From a virus: a stretch of DNA of 64,000 nt. This document shows, one piece after another, positions 46,945 through 56,368 of the stretch. Under the pieces are notes generated by a model. The model made no database searches. It was not told the origin of the DNA and worked only from the letters and a program-made list of their open reading frames with translations. Made by a program: the position numbers and the translations under genes. Every line of letters begins with the position of its first letter. The stretch's first letter is position 1. Location: IMG/VR virus record IMGVR_UViG_3300032050_010539; one strand, written 5' to 3'.

Positions 46945-46962
46945 ACTCATTCGCCAAAAAGG
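46743..46962 (-). ncRNA. omegaRNA 3 (scaffold from 46944)
   Basis: Homologous to omegaRNA 1 and 2. Confidence 0.75.
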
Positions 46963-46979
46963 CCGGCACTAGGCCGGCC
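46956..46979 (-). terminator. intrinsic terminator
   Basis: GGCCGGC/GCCGGCC hairpin followed by TTTTT. Confidence 0.65.
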
Positions 46980-47004
46980 ACGGTAGAGGTTGCGGTAATT
47001 AGTA

Positions 47005-47379
47005 CTAGTCAGCTACAGAGCGAAAACCAGAAGGAGTATACTCTTGCTGAATACCGATCTTGTAGAGCCCCTGCTTAAAGATAATGGGACCGTGTTCTTC
47101 GTGCTGAAGACGGGCCGTACTAGCATTTACGCGGAGGTACAGAGTACCACTATCATCAATACGGAAGAGTTCAGCAGCCTTATTTTCACCGATGATTGCA
47201 TTGTTGTTGCCCGTTTCAATAGGAACAACCTGATGTTTATGGCCAGTGACTTCACCGTATGCTAAGACAGTATTATCAACACGAGTAGCTTTCGATAAGT
47301 CGATGCTGTCTTCTGGAATACGTTGAATAAGTACGTCACCTTGACGAGCGAATTTACTGAAAGTAGGAATAGTAGACAT
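47005..47379 (-). CDS. RQGDV/GEVTGH-H family protein (usual partner of DUF6745)
   Basis: RQGDVLI, LAYGEVTGHKH, L.HEEH, G.Y....QQEY. Confidence 0.75.
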   Translation of the reverse strand: MSTIPTFSKFARQGDVLIQRIPEDSIDLSKATRVDNTVLAYGEVTGHKHQVVPIETGNNNAIIGENKAAELFRIDDSGTLYLRVNASTARLQHEEHGPIIFKQGLYKIGIQQEYTPSGFRSVAD

Positions 47380-47474
47380 TGATTATAACTCCGAGAATTT
47401 ACTGACCCCACGGACTGGGGATATTGACATTAACCTAGTTTTTATTAAACCGGGTTGACTAGAAACCCGGGCTG

Positions 47475-48563
47475 TTACCTTACTACGGTAACATTCTCAG
47501 TGAGTAGAGCTCTAGTAGATAAACCATTAACCTCCTTCTCTAGGAGAAGTATAGATATAGTCTTATCTCCTATTATAAAGGCTCTAACAGTAAGTTGGAT
47601 AGGTCCCTCCCCTCGTAGGACTGCTGTAAGATCACAGGCCCGCAGATTAATAGAGGCCTCACCAGTAATAGTGCACGGTATAGAGGCGGGCTCCCCTGCA
47701 CCCTTCACTAATAGATTATTATTATTAGTGAAGTGCAGTTGTATGGCCTGCCCCACACTGGCTCCTGTACTCTGCCAATTGATAGCACCCAATAGTAATC
47801 GAGTATCAACTGTAGTTGATGCACGGAACTCAGCATCAGGTGCTCTATCGAAGTGGGGTATCTTATCTGCTTCCTTACCGGTGAGTATAGAGAGGGAGCC
47901 CCGCGCGCTATCTAATATTAGTCGACGAGGAGCGCGGCCCACTGATAAGGTGAGGGGACTCTCTAGATAAGATACTAACTGAAGCTGACGGGAGGTCAGG
48001 TTAGCAGACCAACGAGCAATTGGGTTATCAGCCCACGATACCTGTACATAGGCACTAGCCGCTACACGACGAGTAAGAGAACAGCCATCAGGCGTGATAT
48101 CCAGACGTATGTAATTCTCCTTACTCTTATAGTCAGTTATAAGACGCATAGCCCCGGCTATCAGATTACTCTCTAGTATGCCCTCACTCTCTAGTACCAC
48201 AGGAGTAGCAGGGGAGCCATTATAGATAGGAGTAGAGTTAGTACCATATGCACCTAGTCTATAGACTATTTTATCCTCTTCTATATCGATAACAAGCGAG
48301 GTGGGTGTACCCATACGACAAGTTAGATTAAGGAGGGGCCCGCCAGGTACTAGGATATCTGCATCATCTGCCTGCACTGGTAGTTTGAGTACTAGGCTAT
48401 GAGAGCCCAGGTGATTACCACTCAGTTGCATTTGTCCTTTACTTATAGTCATACGCACACAAGATGCGTCAGCTCGCGGGCTGTCTTTATCTAGGCAGGA
48501 CACTACTGCCTTTAATGCGGCTACGTACTGAGGTACATTAATTTGGGCTACCGATACTGTCAT
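47475..48563 (-). CDS. DNA sliding clamp (DnaN/beta-like)
   Basis: 362 aa, alternating alpha/beta pattern, ILVPG..LL motif; replication cluster with a DnaX-like loader. Confidence 0.55.
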   Translation of the reverse strand: MTVSVAQINVPQYVAALKAVVSCLDKDSPRADASCVRMTISKGQMQLSGNHLGSHSLVLKLPVQADDADILVPGGPLLNLTCRMGTPTSLVIDIEEDKIVYRLGAYGTNSTPIYNGSPATPVVLESEGILESNLIAGAMRLITDYKSKENYIRLDITPDGCSLTRRVAASAYVQVSWADNPIARWSANLTSRQLQLVSYLESPLTLSVGRAPRRLILDSARGSLSILTGKEADKIPHFDRAPDAEFRASTTVDTRLLLGAINWQSTGASVGQAIQLHFTNNNNLLVKGAGEPASIPCTITGEASINLRACDLTAVLRGEGPIQLTVRAFIIGDKTISILLLEKEVNGLSTRALLTENVTVVR

Positions 48564-49104
48564 TGCCGTCGTTATCAGGATCTATATTGAATGAAGAGAA
48601 GTCCATGATATCCATATTATCACCGTCGAGGGTAATGCCCTGATTGATTAGAGCTTCTATGGCCTCTCTTCTCTTATCCTTTGCGTAGCTTTCAGTATAG
48701 CTATTGAGTACATGCACAGCACGCCACACTCGACTTAGGAACTTATCCATCTTCTCCTTATTTAACGTAGCGTAGTTAAAGGCGGCCCTGTACTCTAACA
48801 CTATAGCTACATCATTTGGGTCATGTTTTATATAAGCATAGAGATAACCAAAGTCCAGCACTAGGGCCATATGGTCAGACATAACCAACATATCCACATG
48901 ACTCATTGGATTAAACTGTACCCATTCGTAACGAAACTCACCTATACCGGTATCACTTACGATATCCAGATAACTCCTATCATTAATAGCTACCTGCTGG
49001 GCAAAATCATCTGTTAGTGGGAAGTTACTTAATGAAGCCTCGATGGCCTTCATGGGGTTATATAGCCCCAGTAATCGTAATATTTTATCCATTAATGTGA
49101 CCAA
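48538..49104 (-). CDS. hypothetical protein, 188 aa
   Basis: Packed ORF with acidic tail. Confidence 0.6.
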   Translation of the reverse strand: MVTLMDKILRLLGLYNPMKAIEASLSNFPLTDDFAQQVAINDRSYLDIVSDTGIGEFRYEWVQFNPMSHVDMLVMSDHMALVLDFGYLYAYIKHDPNDVAIVLEYRAAFNYATLNKEKMDKFLSRVWRAVHVLNSYTESYAKDKRREAIEALINQGITLDGDNMDIMDFSSFNIDPDNDGNDSIGSPN

Positions 49105-50054
49105 TAGCGGTGTATATTTGGCTTAGCCCGGCATGGTATATCGGAGCCCAGCACATCCTTAAGTATATAGTTACCTGCGCTCTCCATCTGATATAATGCA
49201 GCAGCGGCATAACGTTGTGCCAGCATAAACTCATCGAGCTGCTGACCAGTATAGTAGTCCTGATCCAAGATAGGTACTACTCGAGAGTTAACTACCTGCC
49301 ATGCTACATAGCCCGGCACTAGTAGATTGATTTCATCGTGAGTAGCGTTGATAATACTAGCCCGCCGTTCTCCTGCATCTATAGTCTCTATAGCCTGCCT
49401 TACTCGCGGTAGTGAGATCTTCAGCATCTCACTACCTGAGCTCTGGATAACAGAATTAACTGCCTTTCGCCGCGTAGTACTTTTACCAGCTATACCCTTA
49501 GCATTATCCTCATTGACATTGATGAAGCGGCCCATAGCGCTACGAACCCATCGAGTACGGGAACATAGGCTCCCCGTAATCTCAATCCAGGTATAGAGGC
49601 CATGGAAACCTGTGAAGTACTGCTTGAGTAGACGCCCTGCCTCCTTGTCATCACAATTGAGGTCTGCTGCTAAACTACTAGCGCTACCGCCATATATCAC
49701 TTTGAAGTTCATGATCTTACCCTTCTTCCGCCAGGGCGAGATGACAGGATCATCTGCACTCACAGTCCAGGGCTCGTTTACCATGCGCCGTTCTATATCC
49801 TTATTCAGGAACGTACTAGCGACTAGATGCTGATCTACCTTGGGGTCAGTATAGGTTAGACCCTCAGGCGACAGGGGGAGGGGCCGTATACCTCTATGGT
49901 ACTCATCTTCGAGTACGTAAATCTCTGTAATAGCAGAATCCTTACTGAAGGCCCCCGCCAATCTTAATTCTTGACTCGAGAAGTCTACGCTTACCCATGC
50001 ATAGCCTGGTGGGGCCTGCAGAGCAAAGCGACTATTCATCTTTATTTTCGTCAT
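49092..50054 (-). CDS. polA: family A DNA polymerase, C-terminal polymerase part
   Basis: Motif A DFSSQELR, motif B RKKGKIMNFKVIYG, NSVIQS, motif C THDEI. Confidence 0.9.
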   Translation of the reverse strand: MTKIKMNSRFALQAPPGYAWVSVDFSSQELRLAGAFSKDSAITEIYVLEDEYHRGIRPLPLSPEGLTYTDPKVDQHLVASTFLNKDIERRMVNEPWTVSADDPVISPWRKKGKIMNFKVIYGGSASSLAADLNCDDKEAGRLLKQYFTGFHGLYTWIEITGSLCSRTRWVRSAMGRFINVNEDNAKGIAGKSTTRRKAVNSVIQSSGSEMLKISLPRVRQAIETIDAGERRASIINATHDEINLLVPGYVAWQVVNSRVVPILDQDYYTGQQLDEFMLAQRYAAAALYQMESAGNYILKDVLGSDIPCRAKPNIHRYWSH

Positions 50055-50184
50055 GCCTATATTGACTGAGGTCTATTACTCTAACCCTACCAGTATTAAC
50101 ATCATATAATAATGCCGTATCCTTCTCAGAGGGATAACGGTTGGCTAGTATACCGCGTAATCGTTTATTACTAATTGTCTTCAA
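50032..50184 (-). CDS. 50-aa ORF bridging the two polymerase halves
   Basis: GAGGAGG RBS with TTG start; MKTISNKRLRGILANRYPSEKDTALLYDVNTGRVRVIDLSQYRHDENKDE. Confidence 0.5.
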   Translation of the reverse strand: MKTISNKRLRGILANRYPSEKDTALLYDVNTGRVRVIDLSQYRHDENKDE

Positions 50185-51445
50185 ACAAACTATCCTCCTC
50201 TATATCTACCATCAGCTCAACATTACTAATCTGCTGTGCATTGAATTTATTAGTATCTCCGCTACTAGAACTACTCATACGGCCTGTACTGGTGCCGATG
50301 GTCTGGTAACGGGCGTGGACATTACCTGTGCGCGGGTTAATAAGGGCCGCCCAGTTAGTACTAACCATCTTGGTCAGCTTCTTATATCGCAGTAGATCTG
50401 ATATAACCTGAATACCCAGGTCGCGTATACCCTCCTCATTAGTGGCGCCATCCTCGTCATCCTCGCTATCTAGTTCCCGCAGCACTGTTTCTAGTGTCTT
50501 CTGCTGCAGGTTATCTAGCTCAACGGGGAGGAGCTTCTGGATACGACTCACTAAGGCAGTGGGGTTGTTCAATAGGACCGTTATCTTATCAGGTACTACT
50601 AGAGTCACCTGAGGGGCCCCCGAGTTCCAATCGACTACCTGATCTACGCTGAAGTCGAAGTGAGCACTCATACGCAGCTTATAATTATCTAGCTCTGATT
50701 GAGCTGTACTCAGAAAGTTGCCCATGACATTCATGTTAATGGGCAATCCATTCCATTCCATGCGCGCTATTTCCATAAAGGCGGCCTGGTCTATCTCTTC
50801 TACTTGGGGCATCTCATAGGTATAGAGTAATTCATTGCGTAGTAGAGTATAGGCCTCTAGCAGGAGGCTAGTGTAATTAGAATTACGAGGGGCCCCTACA
50901 TCTAGAGCGGCGTACTGTAATTGAGCGGGTGTTAACTCACCTGACCAGTCACTACTAGCGAGTTCCTTATTCAAAGGAGTATCTAGTATATCACGTACTA
51001 GACTACCATAAGAATAGCCTCTAGTACGGCCCGCCTTGAATCCAGTAGCAGCGCCTATCTGCTGAAATAGCACCATAGCGCAGTATATATTATCAGGCCA
51101 TACGCCCCACGTAGCTTGCGTTACTAGGGCTTCGAAGCGTGCGTTGAAACAGACCTTCCTGACACTATTATCAAGCCATATGTCCCGTATCTCAGTAGGC
51201 CAGTCTAGGGCGCGGAGATCAATCACATACGGTATTGTATTACCGGGCCAGTTAATTTGTAGCAGGCGGGCTACTAACGTATGGGGATCCAGTGCACTAG
51301 CTTGGGGCCCCCATGTTTCTACATCTGCATAGGTTTCATAGTCCATAGCGAGTAGAGGGCGGCCCCTTAGTTCTAGTAGTAGTGCATCTAGCTCCTCTCG
51401 AGTAGTGATATACTCTAGGTCAATTAGATCAGTATTAACTCTCAT
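50171..51445 (-). CDS. polA: family A DNA polymerase, N-terminal part (3'-5' exonuclease + thumb)
   Basis: ExoI DYET, ExoII FNARFE, ExoIII YAALDV, ME.NG, TGRMSS..NAQQI. Confidence 0.88.
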   Translation of the reverse strand: MRVNTDLIDLEYITTREELDALLLELRGRPLLAMDYETYADVETWGPQASALDPHTLVARLLQINWPGNTIPYVIDLRALDWPTEIRDIWLDNSVRKVCFNARFEALVTQATWGVWPDNIYCAMVLFQQIGAATGFKAGRTRGYSYGSLVRDILDTPLNKELASSDWSGELTPAQLQYAALDVGAPRNSNYTSLLLEAYTLLRNELLYTYEMPQVEEIDQAAFMEIARMEWNGLPINMNVMGNFLSTAQSELDNYKLRMSAHFDFSVDQVVDWNSGAPQVTLVVPDKITVLLNNPTALVSRIQKLLPVELDNLQQKTLETVLRELDSEDDEDGATNEEGIRDLGIQVISDLLRYKKLTKMVSTNWAALINPRTGNVHARYQTIGTSTGRMSSSSSGDTNKFNAQQISNVELMVDIEEDSLFEDN

Positions 51446-52086
51446 ACACCACTCGAGCCGAAGCCGCGGGGGCCCCGCGCAGTAGCACCTAAGTCAACCT
51501 CATCTCGTACGAGATACTTAGATAAGTCCCCCATATCGGCTACCAGTTCGAATGTGAATTGGGCAATACGGGCCCCATCACCGAATAGATGAACATCGCA
51601 ACTTCTATTCTCTAGTAGCACTAGGATCTCCCCTACGTATGTCTCCATATCATCGAGGCCCGGCGTATTAGCTACACTAATACCATGCTTAGCTAATCCT
51701 GAGCGGGGCTGGATACGACCAATACGCACTAGGCGACCTATACCCATCTCTACTAACTTATCCTGAGTTTCTTCAGGTAAACCAGGCGAGGTTACATAGA
51801 AGCCTGTATGGACAGGGACAGATTGACCTGGCAGCAGGACATAGAAGCCCTTCTCATCGAGTAGGCATGTTTCTAGTGCATCTTTTATATGACTATGCTC
51901 TACGAGACTCCCATTAACGAATAGATCACTCTCAGACTCTAACATTTTCTGTAGTGATAGATGCTTTAAGAGACACTCAGCTACGAACTTATGCTCTTCT
52001 GTGACGCGGGCCTTAAGATCATACCCACCATCCCGACTATTATTCTTAGTAGGGAGATAACGGTCTGCGGTAACGAATGTTTTCAT
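51442..52086 (-). CDS. dut: trimeric dUTPase with insertions (start probably 52086)
   Basis: GGYDL, IQPRSGLA, NTPG.DD..YVGEI, RIAQ, RGPRGFGSSG. Confidence 0.88.
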   Translation of the reverse strand: MKTFVTADRYLPTKNNSRDGGYDLKARVTEEHKFVAECLLKHLSLQKMLESESDLFVNGSLVEHSHIKDALETCLLDEKGFYVLLPGQSVPVHTGFYVTSPGLPEETQDKLVEMGIGRLVRIGRIQPRSGLAKHGISVANTPGLDDMETYVGEILVLLENRSCDVHLFGDGARIAQFTFELVADMGDLSKYLVRDEVDLGATARGPRGFGSSGV

Positions 52087-52138
52087 AAAAAAGACCTGTC
52101 TAGACAGGTCAGGTAATAAGTAAGAATAAGGATTATAT

Positions 52139-52348
52139 CTAGTGTGAACTATCTCGGTGTTTACCCATACCGAAAGCCCCCATGGAGCCTGCAGCGAGAT
52201 CACGAAATATGTTCATTGCCATTTCGATAATCTGTGTCTGCTCTGGACTAATAGTACGATGAGTACTAAAAACAGCAAGAAATAAAGAGCATGAAGCACA
52301 ACCTAATGCTAGGTAGAATGCAAGAGCAGTATCAGAAATGCGAGGCAT
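52139..52348 (-). CDS. small membrane protein, 69 aa
   Basis: N-terminal TM helix; packed ORF. Confidence 0.5.
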   Translation of the reverse strand: MPRISDTALAFYLALGCASCSLFLAVFSTHRTISPEQTQIIEMAMNIFRDLAAGSMGAFGMGKHRDSSH

Positions 52349-52350
52349 GG

Positions 52351-53022
52351 TTAATAACGCGATAGGACGTGCTGAATGATACGATGACGTTGAATATCCT
52401 CTGGTTCGAAGCGTGTTATAGCTACATCATCAAGGCCCACAAATCTATGTAGCGCATCAGCTAGACCATTAGGTGCGCTAAGCTCTCCTAAATCAGCCTG
52501 TCCCAAATCGCCTATTACTACTACCTTACTGTTCTCAGCAACACGAGTTAATACTGCCTTGAGCCCATTGATAGATATGTTCTGGGCCTCATCTACTATG
52601 ATTAGCGAGTTACGAAAGGAGCGGCCCCGAATGAGGCTAACTACTGTAGGAATAATATACTCATTCTCGATAGCGGCCTTAGCATCCCCCTCACTCATGA
52701 AGGTTATTAGATTATCCAGCACAGGCGCCGCGAGGGGCCATATCTTCTCTAGTAGAGAGCCCTTGAGATAACCGACATCACGCTCATCCTTAACACCAAC
52801 ATTAGGTCGTACGTATATAATTCTCTCTAGCCCATTCTCAGGCGCATTAATCATAGTAATAGCAGTATGAAGTGCAAGTAGCGTCTTACCGCATCCTGGC
52901 ACCCCATTGGCTATGGTTATTGTATTGCGCTTGATGTTCTTAACAAATGCGCGCTGGTTTTCTGTAGCTGGGCGAATGAGAGTATGCGTACGGAAGACGG
53001 GGCCTGCGTTGTTTCTTCGCAT
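52351..53022 (-). CDS. phoH: PhoH-like ATPase
   Basis: GVPGCGKT, GYLKG, RGRSF, DEAQN, GDLGQAD, DIQRH. Confidence 0.93.
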   Translation of the reverse strand: MRRNNAGPVFRTHTLIRPATENQRAFVKNIKRNTITIANGVPGCGKTLLALHTAITMINAPENGLERIIYVRPNVGVKDERDVGYLKGSLLEKIWPLAAPVLDNLITFMSEGDAKAAIENEYIIPTVVSLIRGRSFRNSLIIVDEAQNISINGLKAVLTRVAENSKVVVIGDLGQADLGELSAPNGLADALHRFVGLDDVAITRFEPEDIQRHRIIQHVLSRY

Positions 53023-53079
53023 GATAATGGTTTCAAGACAACCATTATCAAGTCATGCAGCAGGCCCCTAAGTGTAGGA

Positions 53080-53895
53080 CTAACAACTCACGCCTACGCT
53101 CTGGAACTCACGCACTACAGGTTCTGCAACGGACACGCGATTGTGAATCATTTGCATCAGGTAGTGCTGTAAGTTATCCTCTGTGTAGGGTAGGCGTACC
53201 AGGATTTCATTGCCCAGTGAGTTAGTTAGAGTATGAACTAAGTGGATCTTATCCACTTCACGGTATCCCTCTTCGACATAACTGAAGAAGCGATATTCTG
53301 ACACCTTCACCATACCGTAGTCAACCGACAGTACGTGCTGAGGCTGTACTTCCACATCGGACATAACACCCTGATCTGGGCACAGCGAAATAATCCAGTC
53401 CAGACTGCCTAGACGCAGAGGTTCGTCATTCTGTGTAACCACAGTACCAGGCGTCACTACACTATGCCACTGGCCATTATTATTCCAGGACGCGCGCTTA
53501 TAAAGCACGATGTTACCGTCATAGGTAAGGGCTACCTCCTTACTAGCCACTAGATGTTGTAGATCTGCGGTAATCTTCTGGTCGACTGATTGCAACTTAG
53601 TCAGAAAATTAAGGATAGGGGTATAGTCGTACCCCTGGTCAATGAGCTGACTAAGGCGTTGACTCATACTTGGTGTTAGACGCATATTCTTGTAGTAATA
53701 CGCGTTATTTCGCCACGTAACACTATAATCAGTAGCGCTTTGTAGTGGGTGGCTATCAAATTCAAAGTCAATATTGCGCGCTAGTGCATCAGATAACTGA
53801 TTAAAGAGTGTCGGATAGGTGGGTTTGTCGACAGTAATAACGCTATCCCCATCGAAAAAGGATAGGCTATTACTCAACTGGACATAATTAAACAT
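53080..53895 (-). CDS. rIIB: rIIB-like protein
   Basis: PILNFL..L, LTYDG..VLYK, V.V.P..V.SV motifs; directly after rIIA. Confidence 0.7.
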   Translation of the reverse strand: MFNYVQLSNSLSFFDGDSVITVDKPTYPTLFNQLSDALARNIDFEFDSHPLQSATDYSVTWRNNAYYYKNMRLTPSMSQRLSQLIDQGYDYTPILNFLTKLQSVDQKITADLQHLVASKEVALTYDGNIVLYKRASWNNNGQWHSVVTPGTVVTQNDEPLRLGSLDWIISLCPDQGVMSDVEVQPQHVLSVDYGMVKVSEYRFFSYVEEGYREVDKIHLVHTLTNSLGNEILVRLPYTEDNLQHYLMQMIHNRVSVAEPVVREFQSVGVSC

Positions 53896-53923
53896 TAGGA
53901 ATCTCCACTTAGTTTATATTGAG

Positions 53924-56317
53924 TTAGGCAACAACTTGGTCCAACGGACTAGGCCCTCCCAAGCTATTGCCCTGCACCTTGTAGTAAGCACTAATTAAGG
54001 GCATTATAGTATTAGTATCTACTACTTGGCTTTTAGTGTACTCTAGAAATGCACAGGCATCATAATAATCACCTAGTAGGTATTTAAGCCATACTATACA
54101 TCTATTACTGCCAGCAGATTCATAAAGTCTCTTTCTTACATCACCATCTGCAGCTATTAAGCCATTGTCTATTAAATGCTGCATAAACATCCAGTAGCCA
54201 TCATCTATTAGAGCCCGGACATTCTTATTGAAGTGTTCAGGATAGGGATAGGTTCTTATAAATGTCTGGATATCAGATAGTGGCCAAGCAGTAGTGCGCG
54301 ATAGATATAGGTTATCAGCCCCATATTTTGCAGCTAGTTCATCGTGTTTATCCCTAGCCCACGTGTCTATATCGCGCCACTCGGGATAATGAACAGCAAT
54401 AATCTCAGCCTGTCTAGGTGTCAGATAATATAGATTACTACTATCATCAGCATAATTCCAGTAAGTATATACACCACAATGCGTACAACTAGCACAATAC
54501 ACTGCCTTAGTTGGCAGATCACGATAGTCGACTACAGACAGGTGATTGTATATATCCTTAGCATAACGGGAGATATACGATTTATTAACTATGCGAATAC
54601 CGCGCAGGTCGCTTACTCGTAAAGAATCGACTTTCTGTCCCTCTTGCTCCTGATCCTGATCCTGATCCTGCTTTCTCAGCTTTAAAGGTTTGATAGGTTT
54701 AATTAGGCCTGTTACACTCTGGAAGAAGCGTATATAGGGCCACGTGGTGTGAGCCCGCTCCTCTAAGTCTGTATTAGATAATATATCAGCCCAATCCTCA
54801 CACTCAGTTACGTCTATCCATAAGATAGGTGTATAATTTGGTATACCAGTAGTAGCGCGAATACTTCTAGCATTATAGTGCCCGCGAGTTACAACTACTG
54901 CTACCCTTTGTATGTCTTCCAAGGTAATGCTATACGCCATACTTTCTATAACATTATCTGTTTTACATACAACACAAGTATTAGCATTTAGGCTTCCTGG
55001 CACTCGCGAATTATAACGGCGTATATTACGAAGCACACGATACGTATTATACCATTTCCCTTCGTTCATGTCTTCAGAACAGCCTATTAACCGCAGATTT
55101 CTACTACTCTTTACTATAAGGTGAATAGGTAATATAGTATTATCAACTGGCCCTGCTGGTTCATCCATAACGTTAATTTTAGTATTACAGTAGCGTGTAC
55201 CTCTCCATGTAAAGTACTTATCACCCAGATACCACTTGTTTATGACACCAGTTGCTTTGGTTAACGAATCGCACGCCTCTATTTCTGCCTGTCTTCTGTC
55301 AACTAGATCTTTGATAGCGTTAAGAGATAACTCCTTCAGCTTCTCAATATTAGACTCTGACCACGCGAGGGTCTCGCGTTGTGGGGGCAGCTCCAGATAA
55401 CCTATGGGTACTGGAATGATGACAGAATCAACAACATTATATGTCTGCTCCCAATTAGGATCTGTATTGTAGAGATTTATGGAGTACCCCTGTTCCTTTA
55501 GATAGGTAATAATAGTATCAAATACCTTACTATCTGAAATAGTGTAAGGTATACCGCCGATAGTAAAGCACAGCAGTGTGTATTTACGTTTACAAAAGGC
55601 CTTACTAATAAAGGGGCCGGGCGCGCCATATTCGTAGTCATAATCATTACGGTAATCCAATAGGCGACGAGTAGTCTCACCTCCCGTATCCTCAGGATTA
55701 TAGATATTAGTAACGGCGCGGGACCACATTACTATACTCATAACCTCATTATAACACTGACGACGGTTGTGTTGTTCTACGATAGGAATGGCCACACGCG
55801 TGCCACTGCTGTCATTGGAGGGCCGACTATTTAATAGGGCAGCAGTAGGCATGCCATTATTAAGAGAACAGGCATAGATATACTCTATACCATTATGGAT
55901 AGTCGTGACTGTAAATTGACTAGCGATAGCATAGGGGCTCTTGCTACCCAGGCCGTATCCGCCGCACTGAATATTATCACCTCGCTTAGTGCTAGTCATA
56001 AATGTAAAGAAACCCGGCGCACGTTCAGGACTAATACCGATGCCATAATCACGAATGATGAGCTGGTTAGACTGCGGCTCTAAAGAACTTATAGCTGGTA
56101 ATGTAATGTCAACGGGATGATTAGGGCGCCCCGCCTCGACATTAGCATCGACAGCATTAGTGAATATCTCACGTATGACAGCCGTTAGCTTATTAGTATA
56201 CATGCGGGAGGTCAATACCTCCATTAGGAGGCGCACACCTACCTCATCGGTAGGGAGCTGATAATTAACTAGACTCACATTAGTGTTAACAGTGTCTAGA
56301 TTCTTACATAATTCCAT
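53924..56317 (-). CDS. rIIA: rIIA-like protein (N-terminal GHKL ATPase)
   Basis: MYTNK..AVIREI..NAVDA, IRDYGIGI, STKR, GGYGLGSKSP. Confidence 0.85.
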   Translation of the reverse strand: MELCKNLDTVNTNVSLVNYQLPTDEVGVRLLMEVLTSRMYTNKLTAVIREIFTNAVDANVEAGRPNHPVDITLPAISSLEPQSNQLIIRDYGIGISPERAPGFFTFMTSTKRGDNIQCGGYGLGSKSPYAIASQFTVTTIHNGIEYIYACSLNNGMPTAALLNSRPSNDSSGTRVAIPIVEQHNRRQCYNEVMSIVMWSRAVTNIYNPEDTGGETTRRLLDYRNDYDYEYGAPGPFISKAFCKRKYTLLCFTIGGIPYTISDSKVFDTIITYLKEQGYSINLYNTDPNWEQTYNVVDSVIIPVPIGYLELPPQRETLAWSESNIEKLKELSLNAIKDLVDRRQAEIEACDSLTKATGVINKWYLGDKYFTWRGTRYCNTKINVMDEPAGPVDNTILPIHLIVKSSRNLRLIGCSEDMNEGKWYNTYRVLRNIRRYNSRVPGSLNANTCVVCKTDNVIESMAYSITLEDIQRVAVVVTRGHYNARSIRATTGIPNYTPILWIDVTECEDWADILSNTDLEERAHTTWPYIRFFQSVTGLIKPIKPLKLRKQDQDQDQEQEGQKVDSLRVSDLRGIRIVNKSYISRYAKDIYNHLSVVDYRDLPTKAVYCASCTHCGVYTYWNYADDSSNLYYLTPRQAEIIAVHYPEWRDIDTWARDKHDELAAKYGADNLYLSRTTAWPLSDIQTFIRTYPYPEHFNKNVRALIDDGYWMFMQHLIDNGLIAADGDVRKRLYESAGSNRCIVWLKYLLGDYYDACAFLEYTKSQVVDTNTIMPLISAYYKVQGNSLGGPSPLDQVVA

Positions 56318-56368
56318 ACAATAAAGCCCCTCTAACGGAGGGGCGGTGTAGTTAATTAATTGTTGTGT

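Noticed and set aside
47455-47970. 171-aa + strand ORF
   Set aside because: Fully antisense to the clamp-like gene; no motifs
54648-54671. (TCCTGA)n microsatellite in rIIA
   Set aside because: In-frame QD linker repeat; no phase-variation consequence
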